Shown here: positions 1 through 10,620 of the stretch, piece by piece
Layout of the letters: each line of letters starts with the position of its first letter
How positions within the stretch are numbered: position 1 is the first letter of the stretch
Assembly (NCBI GenBank): GCA_013239625.1
Contig: MU054187.1
Span: 24,120,853 to 24,184,432 of the forward strand
Source: Lama guanicoe
Taxonomy: Eukaryota
DNA length: 63,580 nt
Direction: 5' to 3'
Notes under the pieces: generated by a model
What the model was told of the DNA's origin: nothing
Seen by the model: only the letters and a program-made list of their open reading frames with translations
Databases searched by the model: none
Made by a program: the position numbers and the translations under genes

Positions 1-2237
1 AAGTGGGGTTCATCCCAGGGACACAAGGCTGGTTCAACATACGCAAATCAATCAATGTAATACATCACATCAACAAGAGAAAGGACAAAAACCACATGAT
101 CATCTCAATCGATGCAGAAAAAGCATTTGATAAAATTCAACACCAATTTATGATAAAAACTCTCACCGAAGTGGGTATAGAGGGAACATATCTCAACATC
201 ATAAAAGCTATATATGACAAACCTACAGCCAGCATAGTACTCAATGGTGAAAAACTCAAAAGCTTCCCACTAAAATCTGGGACAAGACAAGGATGCCCAC
301 TATCACCACTCCTATTCAACATAGTCTTGGAAGTCCTAGCCACAGCAATCAGGCAAGAGAAAGAAATAAAAGGGATCCAAATTGGAAAAGAAGAGGTAAA
401 AGTGTTACTATATGCCAATGACATGTTACTGTAATATAGAAGACCCTACAAGGTCCACACAAAAACTACTAGAGCTGATCAAAGAATTCAGCAAGGTAGC
501 AGGTTACAAGATTAACGTTCAAAACTCAGTTGCATTTCTTTACACTAACAAGGAATCAACAGAAAAAGAAAGTAAAGAAACAATCCCCTTTAAAATAGCA
601 CCCAAAGTAGTAAAATACCTAGGAATAAATCTAACCAAGGAGGTGAAAGAATTATACACAGAAAACTATAAACCACTGATGAAGGAAATTAAAGACGACT
701 TTAAAAAATGGAAAGATATCCCATGCTCTTGGATTGCAAAAATCAATATTGTTAAAATGGTCACACTGCCCAAGGCAATCTACAATACAGATTTAATGCA
801 ATCCCTATCAAATTACCCAGGGCATACTTCACAGAACTAGAACAAATCATAATAAAATTTATATGGACCCATCAAAGACCTAGAATTGCCAAAGCATTAC
901 TGAAGAGAAAGAAAGAGGCTGGAGGAATAACTTTCCCAGACTTCAGAACACCATACACAAAAATCAACTCAAAATGGATCAAAGACTTAAACATAAGACA
1001 AGATACAATAAACCTCCTTGAAGAAAATATAGGCAAAACATTATCTGACATACATCTCAAAAATGTCCTCCTAGGGCAGTCTACGGAAGCAATAGAAATA
1101 AAAGCAAGAATAAACAAATGGGACCTAATTAAACTTAGAAGCTTCTGAACAGCAAAGGAAACCATAAGTAAAACAAAACGACAACCTATGGAATGGGAGA
1201 AAATGTTTGCAAATGAAACTGACAAAGGCTTGATCTCCAGAATATATAAGCAGCTCATACGACTTAATAAGAAACAACCAAACAACCCAATCCAAAGATG
1301 GGCAGAAGAGCTAATTAAGCAATTCTCCAAGGAAGACATACAAATGATCAATAGGTACATGAAAAAAATGCTCAATATCACTAATTATCAGAGAAATGCA
1401 AATCAAAAGTACAATAAGGTATCACCTCACACCAGTCAGAGTGGCCGTCATTCAAAAATCCATAAATGGCAAATGCTGGAGAGGCTGTAGAGAAAGGGGA
1501 ACCCTCCTTCACTGCTGGTGGGAATGCAGTTTTGTGCAGCCACTGTGGAAAACAGTATGGAGATTCCTCAAAAGACTAGGAATGCACTTACCGTATGACC
1601 CAGGAATCCCGCTCCTGGGCATATATCCAGAAGGAACCCTACTTCAGGATGACACCTGCACCCCAATGTTCAAAGCAGCACTATTTACAATAACCAAGAC
1701 ATGGAAACAGCCTAAATGTCCATCAATGGATGACTGGATAAAGAAGTGGTATATTTATAAAATGGAATACTACTCAACCATAAAAACTGACAACATAACA
1801 CAATTTGCATGGATGCTCCTGGAGAATGTCATTCTAAGTGAAGTAAGCCAGAAAGAGAAAGAAAAATACCATATGAGATTGCTCATATGTGGAATCTAAG
1901 AAAACAAACAAACAAACAAAATAAACCCCAAAAAAACCCCAAAGCATAAATTACAAAACAGAAACAGACTCGTTTACATAGAATACAAACTTGTGGTTGC
2001 CAAGGGGGTGGAGGGTGGGAAGGGAGAGACAGGATTTCAAAATTGTAGAATAGATAAACAAGACTATACTGTATAATACAGGGAAACATATGCAAGATCT
2101 TATGGTAGCTCACAGAGAAAAAAATGTGGCAATGAATATATATATGTTCTTGTATAACTGAAAAATTGTGCTCTATACTGGAATTTGACACAACATTGCA
2201 AAATGATTATAAATCAATAAAAAATTTTTTAAAAAAA
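1..2237 (+). mobile_element. Young LINE-1, 3' part of ORF2 (RT, C-terminal domain) plus 3' UTR; disrupted; runs off the window start
   Basis: ORFs 3-434, 412-840 and 1396-1899 give L1 ORF2 motifs ([45 protein letters not shown]). Frameshifts, G-rich 3' UTR, AATAAA and A-tail at ~2216-2237. Confidence 0.97.
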
Positions 2238-4567
2238 GTGAGCAGACCAATTACCAATAATGACTGAATTAGTAATTTAAAAACTCCCAACAAACAAAAG
2301 TCAAACATTTAGAGAAAAGTTAACACCTACCTTTCTCAAAGTATTGCACAAATTACAGAGGAAGGAACATTTCCCATCCCATTCTATGAGGCCAGCATCA
2401 CCCTGATACCCAAACCAGACAAAGATATCACAAAAAAGTATATTATAGACCCCTATCACTGAGGAATAGAGATACAAAAATCAACAAAATAGTAGCAAGC
2501 TAAATCCAACAATATATTAGAAGGATCATACACTGTGATCAAGTGGGATGTACCCCAGGAATGCAAGGAATTTTCAACATCCTCAAATCAATCAGTGTGA
2601 TACTTCATATTAATGGAGTGAAGAATAAAAACCATATGTTCATCTCAATAGATGCAGAAAAAGCTTTTCACAAAATTCTGCATCCACTTATGATAAAAAT
2701 TCTTCAGAAAGTGAGCACCAGAGGGAACGTTATCTCAACATAATAAAGTCTACATGTGACAGATGCACAGCTACTTGACATACTTGACAGTGAAAAGCTG
2801 AAAGCACTCCCTCTACGATCAGGAACAAGACAAGGAAGTTCACTCTTGGAACTGTTTTCAAAAAACGGTATTGGAAGTCCACAATTAGCCAGAGCAATGA
2901 GAGAGAAAGGGGAGAGAGAGAAGAAAGAAAGAAAAAAGAAAGGAAGGAAGGAAGGAAGAACGAAAGAAAAAAGAGAAAGGAAAAAGAAAAGGAAAGGAAA
3001 GGACTCTAAATTGGAAAGGAAGAAGTAAAACTGTCACTGTTGCAGATGACAATACTACACATAGAAAATCCTGAAGATGCCAACAGAAAACTACTAGAGC
3101 TCATGGATGAATCTGATAAAATTGCAAGGTGTAAAATTAATATACAGATCTGTTGCACTTCTATACAGTAATGATAAACTATTAGAGAAATTAAGGAAAC
3201 ATTCCCATTTACTATCACATCAAAATGAATAAAATAACTGGGAATAAACCTCCATAAGGAAGTAAAAGACCTGTACTTAGAAAACTATCAGACTCTAATG
3301 AAAGAAACTGAAGATGATACAAACAGATGGAAAAATATACTGTGTTCTTGGATGGGAAGAATTACTATTGTTAAAGTGACCTATTCCCCAAGGCAATCTA
3401 CAGATTCAGTGCAATCCCTTTCAAAATACCAGTGGCATTTTTCACAGAACTAGGGAAAATTATTTTAAAATTTAATGAAAATGCAGAAGACCCCAAACAA
3501 CCAAAACAGTCTTGAGGAAGAATAGAGCTGAGGGGATCAAACTCCCCAACTTCAGAGCTACAGTAATCAAAACAGCATGGTACTGGCACACAAACAGACA
3601 TATAAATCAATGGAACAGAATAGAGAATCCAGGAATAAACCCACACACCTATAGTTAATTAATCTGTGACAAAGGAGGTAAGAATTTACAAAGAACAAAA
3701 GACAGCCTCTTCAGTAAGTGGTGCTGGAAAAACTGGACAGCTGAATGTCAAAGAATAAAACTAGAACATTCTCTAACACTATATACAAAAAAAAAAACTC
3801 AAAATGGATTAAAGACCTAAATATAGGACTGGAAATATTACATTTCCTAAAGGAAAACATAGGCAGAACACTGTTTGGCATAAATTGCAGCATTTTGTGG
3901 GGATTTTTCTCCTAAAGCAAAGGAAATAAAAGCAAAAATAAACAAATGGGATCTAATTAAACTTAAAAGCTTTTGCACAGCAAAGAAAGCCATCAACAAA
4001 ACAAAAAGACAGACTTGCAGATTTGGGGAGAAAATATTTGCAATTTATATGACCAATAAGGGGTTAATGTTCAAAATATATAAATAACCCATACAACTCA
4101 ATAGCATCAAATCAAACAATCAAATTAAAAAATGGGCAGAAAACCTGAAGAGACATTTTTCTGAGGACATGTAAATGGCCAAAATGCACATAAAAGATGT
4201 TCAAAATCACTAGTCATCAGGGAAATGCAAATCAAAATTAAAATGAGCTATTCCCCTCACAGAGTCAAAAAGAACACAGATAACAAATATTGGCAACAAT
4301 GTGAAGAAAAATGAACCCTAGGTCACTGTTGGTGGGAATACAAATTGTGGCAATGACTGGAGAAAACAGCATGTAGGTTTCTCAAAAAATTAAAAGTAGA
4401 AGCACCATGTGACCAAGCATTTCTACTCGTGGGTGTATATATTCAAAGAAAATGAAAACACTAACTTGAAAATATACATGTACTCCCATGTTCATAGTAG
4501 CATTATTTACAATTGTCAGATATGGAAGCAAACTTAGTGTCCATCAACAAATGGATGAAAATGTGTG

Positions 4568-4603
<36 letters not shown>

Positions 4604-5520
4604 GAAGTACTTCCTCAGCCATAAAAAGAAAGAAATTTTGCATTTGCCACAACATGGATGGGCACTGAGGGTATTATGCTAAGTGAAATAAGTTAGACAG
4701 CAAAAGACAAAGACTATATGACATCCTTTATTTGTGGGATCTAAAATGTACAACCAACTATTGAAAATAACAAAAAAGAAATAGACTCACTAAAATAGAA
4801 AACAAACTTGTGGTTACTGATGGTGGCACGATATCATGTACACACGAACACCGCGCGGAGAGAAGTGAAGCAGTTCTCTGTTTACTGATTCTTGTAAAAG
4901 GGTTTATACAGGACATGCATGATGCCTCACATACCATCTAAGTTATAACGATGTTAATAATCTTTAGCTATTTAGGTTCCCAGGCTCCTGCAGTAATAAG
5001 CACAGGATGTTGCATGATCAAGGACAGATTGTTTTAAAGTTCGTCACGAAACTTCATTAAGTAGGCCATCTCTTACCCAGCCGGCTGCACCTGTCTTAGG
5101 TTGTCCTCCTCTGAGGAGCTTACCCGTCATTGGCCATCCAGTCGTCCATACTGGACACATTACTTTGGCCATCTCTTATCCAGCCAGCTACGTGACATTT
5201 CTCACGGCTTGTTTATTCATTCAACCCACGGCGTATTCTCTAGAGCCTTCAGGCGGGGGCCTGCAGTTACCAGTGGGGAGAAGGAACGGGGAAGGGACAA
5301 TGTAAGAGCAGGGGACTAAGAGGTGCAAACTATTATACATAAAACAAGCTACAAGGATATACTGTACAACACATCGAATGTAGCCAGTATTTTATAATAA
5401 GTATAAATGGAGTATCATGTTTCAAAATTGTGATTCACTCTCATGTACACCTATAACTTATATAATATTGTACATCAACTACACTACAATAAAAATAAAT
5501 TACTAAAAAAGGAAAAAATA
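2238..5520 (+). mobile_element. Older, diverged LINE-1 (ORF2 RT to 3' UTR), interrupted by a solo LTR
   Basis: ORF2 remnants ([15 protein letters not shown]). Its 3' UTR type differs from the young L1 and ends in aataaa plus an A-rich tail at ~5488-5520. Internal GA-rich tract 2907-3000 and (CA)n 4571-4600. Confidence 0.93.
4818..5265 (-). mobile_element. Solo LTR, betaretrovirus-like (ERV2/ERVK)
   Basis: TG...CA termini, 5-bp TSD gttac (4813-4817, 5266-5270). L1 3' UTR rejoins across it. Minus-strand TATAAA (4903-4908) followed closely by AGTAAA (4881-4886). Confidence 0.85.
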
Positions 5521-5529
5521 AAATTACAC

Positions 5530-6973
5530 TACCATTTCCCTGAAATTCTAACTTAATTCGAAGTGTAGATGACTTCCTTTTTTGCTCATCCAGAAAGAAC
5601 TCAGAAATTAACTCAAAATATCTTACACAGCTAGTTTATAAGAACATAAGTCCTCTCAAAGTGAACCTCAGTTTATACATGAAAAAGTACACTACCTTGG
5701 TCATGACTTATCAGAAAAAAAAATTCTTTCCCCAAAAAATCAAATACTATGCAATCACCCCTGGCATACAACTAAGAAATAATTCAGAGGCCACCCTGGG
5801 CTTGCAGGGTTTTGCTGTTCCAGGGTCCCCAATTTTTGCTTATTGACCTCTCCACTTTATGACCTGACTAGAAGTAATATCCAGGAAATTTTTCCTTTGG
5901 AAACAAAATATGACAGAATCTTTATTTAAGTCAAATGAGCCTTATAAAATCCTCCTGCATTGGGATTCCCTAACTATACCAAACCTTCTACATTGTTTGC
6001 TCATGAGTGTAGTAATCAGGCTTTGGGAGTTCTGGCAAGAACATGGAGGGAAAAATTAGATCTACAGTTGATTATAGCTTACAGTTTGACCTGGTAGCCA
6101 GGGCATGTCCAAATTGCTTAAGGGCAGTTGTTGCAGCTGCTAAAATGGTAGAATCCTCTTCATAACTTGTTCAAGGAAGTATATTAAATCTGCAAGTTCC
6201 TGATGCTGCAGAAAGTTAGCTAAATACTGAGAGCTCTCAGCATTTATCAGCTAATAGACTAACATCTTATGAGATTCTACACAAATCTGCACATTCTCTG
6301 CTGCAGCTCCTTAAACTCTACTACCCTCCTACCCTTACCTGATGAAGGAGAAGCTCATAATTTTATTGAATTGGTCTCTCAAAATCTGACTCCCTGGTTA
6401 GACTTCAAATCTGCGCACACTCTGCTGCAGCTCCTTAAACTCTACTACCCTCCTACCCTTACCTGATGAAGGAGAAGCTCATAATTTTATTGAATTGGTC
6501 TTTCAAAATCTGACTCCCTGGTTAGACTTACAAGAAACTTCAATAACCAACGCAGATTTAATACTCTATGTTGAAGGCTTTAATGGCAAAAAATTCTGAA
6601 GGAAAATATCAAACTGGATGTTTTGCAACTATTCAGTATGAACTGTTAGAAATAGGGGTCCTTCCTCAATTTAACTCAGCTCAATCTGTACATTTCCCCT
6701 CACTAAAGCCTGTAAATCAGCAAATGGAAAAACTGAAAATATTTACACTCACAGCAATTATGCTCTCAGAGTGGTCCATGACTTGTGTATGCTCTGGAAA
6801 CAGAGATGACTTTCAGCATCAAATGATGCAGCTATAAAAAGTGGACTTCAGGTTGATGATCTCTTCTTTGCACTGTTATTATGTACACAATGACTGTTAT
6901 CAAAATTTAGGCTCCTACCCACCAATCAGACCCTCAGTATCAGGGATACGTATGAGTCACTTTCATGCCAACT
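5530..6973 (+). mobile_element. Decayed class I (gamma-like, ERV1) pol: RT C-terminus, connection domain, RNase H
   Basis: Broken translations: VDDF, EKVHYLGHDLS, LGLAGFC, HLSANRLTSYEIL, LNSTTLLPLPDEGEAH, NIYTHSNYALRVVHD..MLWKQR, DPQYQG...FHA. Confidence 0.88.
6282..6529 (+). repeat. 124-bp tandem duplication inside ERV pol
   Basis: 6282-6405 and 6406-6529 are nearly identical (caaatctgc...ggttagactt). Confidence 0.95.
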
Positions 6974-6987
6974 TCAAGAAAATTTTT

Positions 6988-7120
6988 CTGTTCGAACAAG
7001 TATTTATTGACTGTCCAAGAGGTACTAGGGACTTAGATAATACAGTGAATACACCAGATAATTTCCACTCTCGTGGAGCGTGAAGGAGACAAGCCCAACA
7101 GAGACACAGCGCTCCATAAA
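6988..7120 (-). mobile_element. L2 3'-end remnant supplying the poly(A) signal of the insert
   Basis: aacaagtatttattga...gtgaat resembles the reverse complement of the L2 3' terminus. Confidence 0.55.
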
Positions 7121-7259
7121 TTAAGTTGGTACCATCATAAAGGATGACCCAAAGCATCACATCATAACCCATCAACCCATCATCCCATCATCCCTTGGAC
7201 CATCTGTAGTATCTGAAGATTCCAGGCTTGTGGCCGTCAGTGACTTGTACATAGACTCA

Positions 7260-7475
7260 AAGCCAGACTAGGGTGAGAGAGCAAGGCTACCACCTCAGGC
7301 GCAAAATTGAAGGTGACACACACACACAAAGAAACTCTAACTAATGCAACATCATAAAAATAAAAATTAATACAAAAGAATCCACAATGAACAAATTATG
7401 GAAATTTTAAATAAAAACAGGATCACCATAACTGAATTTTCCTCATGCCTCAGGTCCAAAATGCCTGGGCATGGA
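7260..7475. mobile_element. hAT DNA-transposon fossil (MER96B-like)
   Basis: cctcaggcgcaaaatt...ttttaaataaaaacaggatc...gcctcaggtccaaaatg resembles the recalled MER96B consensus. Confidence 0.55.
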
Positions 7476-7900
7476 GGTGCACAAACTCATACCCCCAAGT
7501 TCAAGTGCACTCGTCCTGCTCTTGGGCACATGCCACCCTGTCCCAAGGCACTGACAAGTGTCTCCCGCTTCTCTCTGAAGCATAACTATCAGATGAAAAT
7601 CCAACCATTAAGCACATGTACAGACACTCCCTTTTTCCTCTCCCCTCTTCAGCTGCCTCAGAAATGCAGTATTTGCCTTGTGTTTTGTTTTGTTGACATT
7701 TGCCAGAACATAAACCAGAGAACATCCAATTGTTACTGGCAGGGCCTGGGAAAGTAAAAACACATAAATACTTTAAAGGGCACTCCACCAATCTAGGTAA
7801 CACAGCCACAAAGGTCTGCGGGCCCCAGCAGGGGGTACTGAGATCTCACAGCCAGGCTGAAATGAGCCCAGACTTCAGACCTACAGCAGAAAAGCCTCTT

Positions 7901-8043
7901 TGGCAGGGACGGTGGAGGTCAGTGGTAGTGCACATGCTTAACACACATCAGGTCCTGGGTTCAATCCCCAGGACTGCCACTAAAAAATAAATAAGCAAAT
8001 CTAATTATCTCTGCCTCCTCCTAAAATGAAATAAAGTTTTAAA
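7901..8043 (+). mobile_element. tRNA-derived SINE (camelid Vic-1-like)
   Basis: A-box-like tcagtggtag, B-box ggttcaatccc, A-rich tail. 13-bp TSD agaaaagcctctt (7888-7900, 8044-8056). Confidence 0.88.
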
Positions 8044-8689
8044 AGAAAAGCCTCTTCCTATCAGAGCCCCGGGCCTCCAGTGGAACTTCCTCATCTGTAA
8101 CACTCACTCACTCACTCACACACACACACACACACTCACACATCTGCATGTTGTCTTATGTATCTGTGTTTGCCAGAAAGCTGAAACTCACCCTTTTAGG
8201 GGATTAAAGCAACAAAAATCAAAATGATTTGTGTCATGCTGAAGATGTATAATGATGCAGAAGATTGAACAAATAAGTTGTGTGTGTGTGTGAGATAAAG
8301 AAAACCATCCCAGAAACTCTGTAGATTCTGACAAAGTCTTCTGGGCCATGGTAAAGGTGGCACAGATATGGCGTTTCGGAGCCAACCCCTGGCCGCTGCC
8401 CCCGACGACAGTAAGCAGCCTCTAAATAGATGCTGGCAACGCGAACAGCAGCTTCGTCTGTGACTCAGCCTGTGGGCCCAGCTCATTAGAAGGAGATTCA
8501 CAGGTGCTCCTGTGCTCTGCTATAGATTTTGTTTTCTCTGCTGCAGGAAGGAGAAAGGGAGGTGTGATGCGTCCAGTCCAAGTTGAGCCCCATGAGGATG
8601 AAGGGCACTCAGACAGGGGAGGGTGCAAGGAAGGAAGGCTCAGCTCATCTGGCTTCCCAAGGATTGAAAAGCACACCTTAGAAATCAGT

Positions 8690-8941
8690 AGGTGGCACCC
8701 CAGTGTTCACAGGAGCACTATGTACAGTAGCCAAGACACAGAGGCAGCCTAAACGCCCATCACAAACGCCTGGATAAGGAGGCTGTGGTATATATATATA
8801 AAACGGAACACTACTGAGTCATAAAAAAGACTGAAACAATACCATTCGCAGTGACATGGATGGGCCTAGAGATTATGTGCTAGTTGTAGTAAATCAGACA
8901 GAGAAAGACAAATATCACAGGATACCTTACATGTGGAACCT
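8690..8941 (+). mobile_element. Diverged L1 ORF2 C-terminal fragment within the insert
   Basis: gcaccccagtgttcac...agccaagac...gagaaagacaaatatcac...atgtggaa is homologous to the L1 copies elsewhere in the window. Confidence 0.85.
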
Positions 8942-8949
8942 CACGATAA

Positions 8950-9403
8950 AACGCATCACTCACCCTCAGCAGGGCTGACTCACCGGTTCAGCGTCTGCAG
9001 CATCCGGAGTGGGTCAGATTCCACGACTTCAGACGCAAAGGCGCCGCGGGGATGGGCGCCAGGCCGGGTCGCGTCAGGCCAGACAGGTGGGAATGCTTTT
9101 CTTCACAGTTCCTACAAGAATGGCTGCCAGCCCGGGCTCCGATCAATCACAGGAGCCGGTTCAGAGGAGCCTCCTTAAGTCGCCGTCCAGCTCAGGAAGG
9201 GCACTTGCACTGCAAATCACGTCAGAACTAAAAATCCGCGACTCCACTCGGCCCTCACACGCCAGGGCTGGCTGGCTGCTTCCTAAAAGGCAAGATGCAC
9301 GCGGACGCACTCCCACGAGCGCCTGAGCACTCCTGCGCATGCTGACGCACTCCCGCCTACACAGACATCCTCCCGCGCATGCGCACCAGCCGTAGAAGGG
9401 CCC
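8950..9403 (-). promoter_or_regulatory. CpG-rich promoter/first-exon-like segment with NRF1 motifs and 5' splice sites
   Basis: CpG density far above the window background. cgcgcatgcgca at 9374-9385, tgcgcatgc at 9334-9342. Minus-strand GTGAGT at 8983-8978 and 8963-8958. Confidence 0.6.
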
Positions 9404-9416
9404 TCAAGAAATTTTT

Positions 9417-10620
9417 AATGTGCTGAAACTATAATTTAAATGAACTTCATAGCATAGATCCAAATGAGGTTACTTATGTCTGTGTAACAGACAAAAAATT
9501 GTGTCAGATAGTGAAAATGGAAACGGCACCAGAAAAGATGCAACTTTAACATAAAACGGGGATTCTGGGAAGGCCAAACCGCCATCTATAGCTTTCTGAA
9601 CCCCTCAGATACTCACTTTTGTGAGCACTTCACGTGACTACCCACCACGGAATTGAAAAAATGATTCAAATTGTGAAAAAATATTGGTGGAGATTACCCT
9701 AAATTGGCACAAGTTTATAATCAATGTTTAACATGTTAATCACATAAGCCAGGTAAAACTATTGAAGTAGCTTAAGGGGTTGGTTGCTTCTCCATCAACC
9801 ATACCATTCAAACATCAAAAGGGAATTAATTTTGCCTCCTTCTATGAGTTATCACTATGTACTTATAATGATATGACTCTTTTTAGACGGGCAGAAGCTT
9901 TCCCCCGTCAGAAAGCTGGTGCCACTAATGTAGCAAAGAAATCATTAGAAAACACTTCCCAACTTTGGAGAATTTCAGGCCAAATTTGAAGTGATCAAGG
10001 GACTCACTTTAATGAATAGGTTATAAAACAGTTAAACAAGGTTATTCAGACACACTGGCACTATCATTAGTGCCATTTTTCTCTTACCATTTTTCTCCAT
10101 CATCCTCAGCCTTCAGGGCAAGTTAAATGTACCAATGGCATTCCAAAATTGAAACTGGAAAAACTAACCGAAACCACAAGATTACCTTTTTGGAAAACAT
10201 AAATTGACATCTTATGAAATCATCAGTGGGCAATCCATACCTTTGAGATGGAACTCCATGCACACCCTGCCTTTGTCAATTCTAGTATGAACTAAAACTG
10301 TAAGCTCCTAATACAATATTCTAAAGCTTATTTTCTACAGTGCAAAGAGGTATTCAGAGACCCTTAACACAATGAGGACTTTGCACCCCACTCCTTAACA
10401 CATTGAGGACTTTGTTCTGGAAGACACATCAAAAAAAAAAATGATACTTGAACCTCAATAGAAAGAGCCCTACCAGGTTCTTTTATCTCCTTACACAGAA
10501 ATTAAGTTACAGAATATTAAAACGTGGACCCATGTCTCTCAGTTAAAGAGAGGTCCCCAGACTCTTGGACTTACCAACCTATAGCTGACCTGGCTTAAAA
10601 TTAATGACTTTCAGAAAAAA
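9417..10620 (+). mobile_element. Decayed ERV1 integrase (continuation of the same pol)
   Basis: HHCC finger (LHVTTHHGIEKM..KKYWW...YNQCLTC), EAFP.QKA.A..VAKK, SDQGTHF, HPQPSGQV..TNGI, LEP..K.PYQVLL...TWTHVSQLKR. Confidence 0.88.

Larger units (their letters stand above)
6988..9403 (-). pseudogene. Putative L1-mediated retrocopy of a non-coding or unspliced cellular transcript, inserted into ERV pol
   Basis: Flanks tcaagaaaattttt (6974-6987) and tcaagaaattttt (9404-9416). Minus-strand tt/aaaaa at the right edge, AATAAA at 7003-7008 (-), CpG-rich 5' end. Pol continues on both sides. Confidence 0.72.

Noticed and set aside
3..1899. Long ORFs as functional genes
   Set aside because: They are frameshifted, internally deleted pieces of L1 ORF2. 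The same applies to 33875-34849 and other L1 ORFs.
2907..3000. Lys/Arg/Glu-rich ORF tail (2756-3028)
   Set aside because: Translation of a GA-rich microsatellite expanded inside L1.
7901..8043. tRNA gene
   Set aside because: Degenerate tRNA head plus SINE body, A-tail and TSD identify it as a SINE. The same applies to 13258-13397.
8188..9326. ORFs of 65-105 aa inside the retrocopy as its product
   Set aside because: No recognisable domain, several have non-ATG starts, and overlapping ORFs are expected in GC-rich DNA.
5530..10620. Domesticated or intact retroviral gene
   Set aside because: Many stops and frameshifts, no long ORF, and no recognisable env ORF or 3' LTR.
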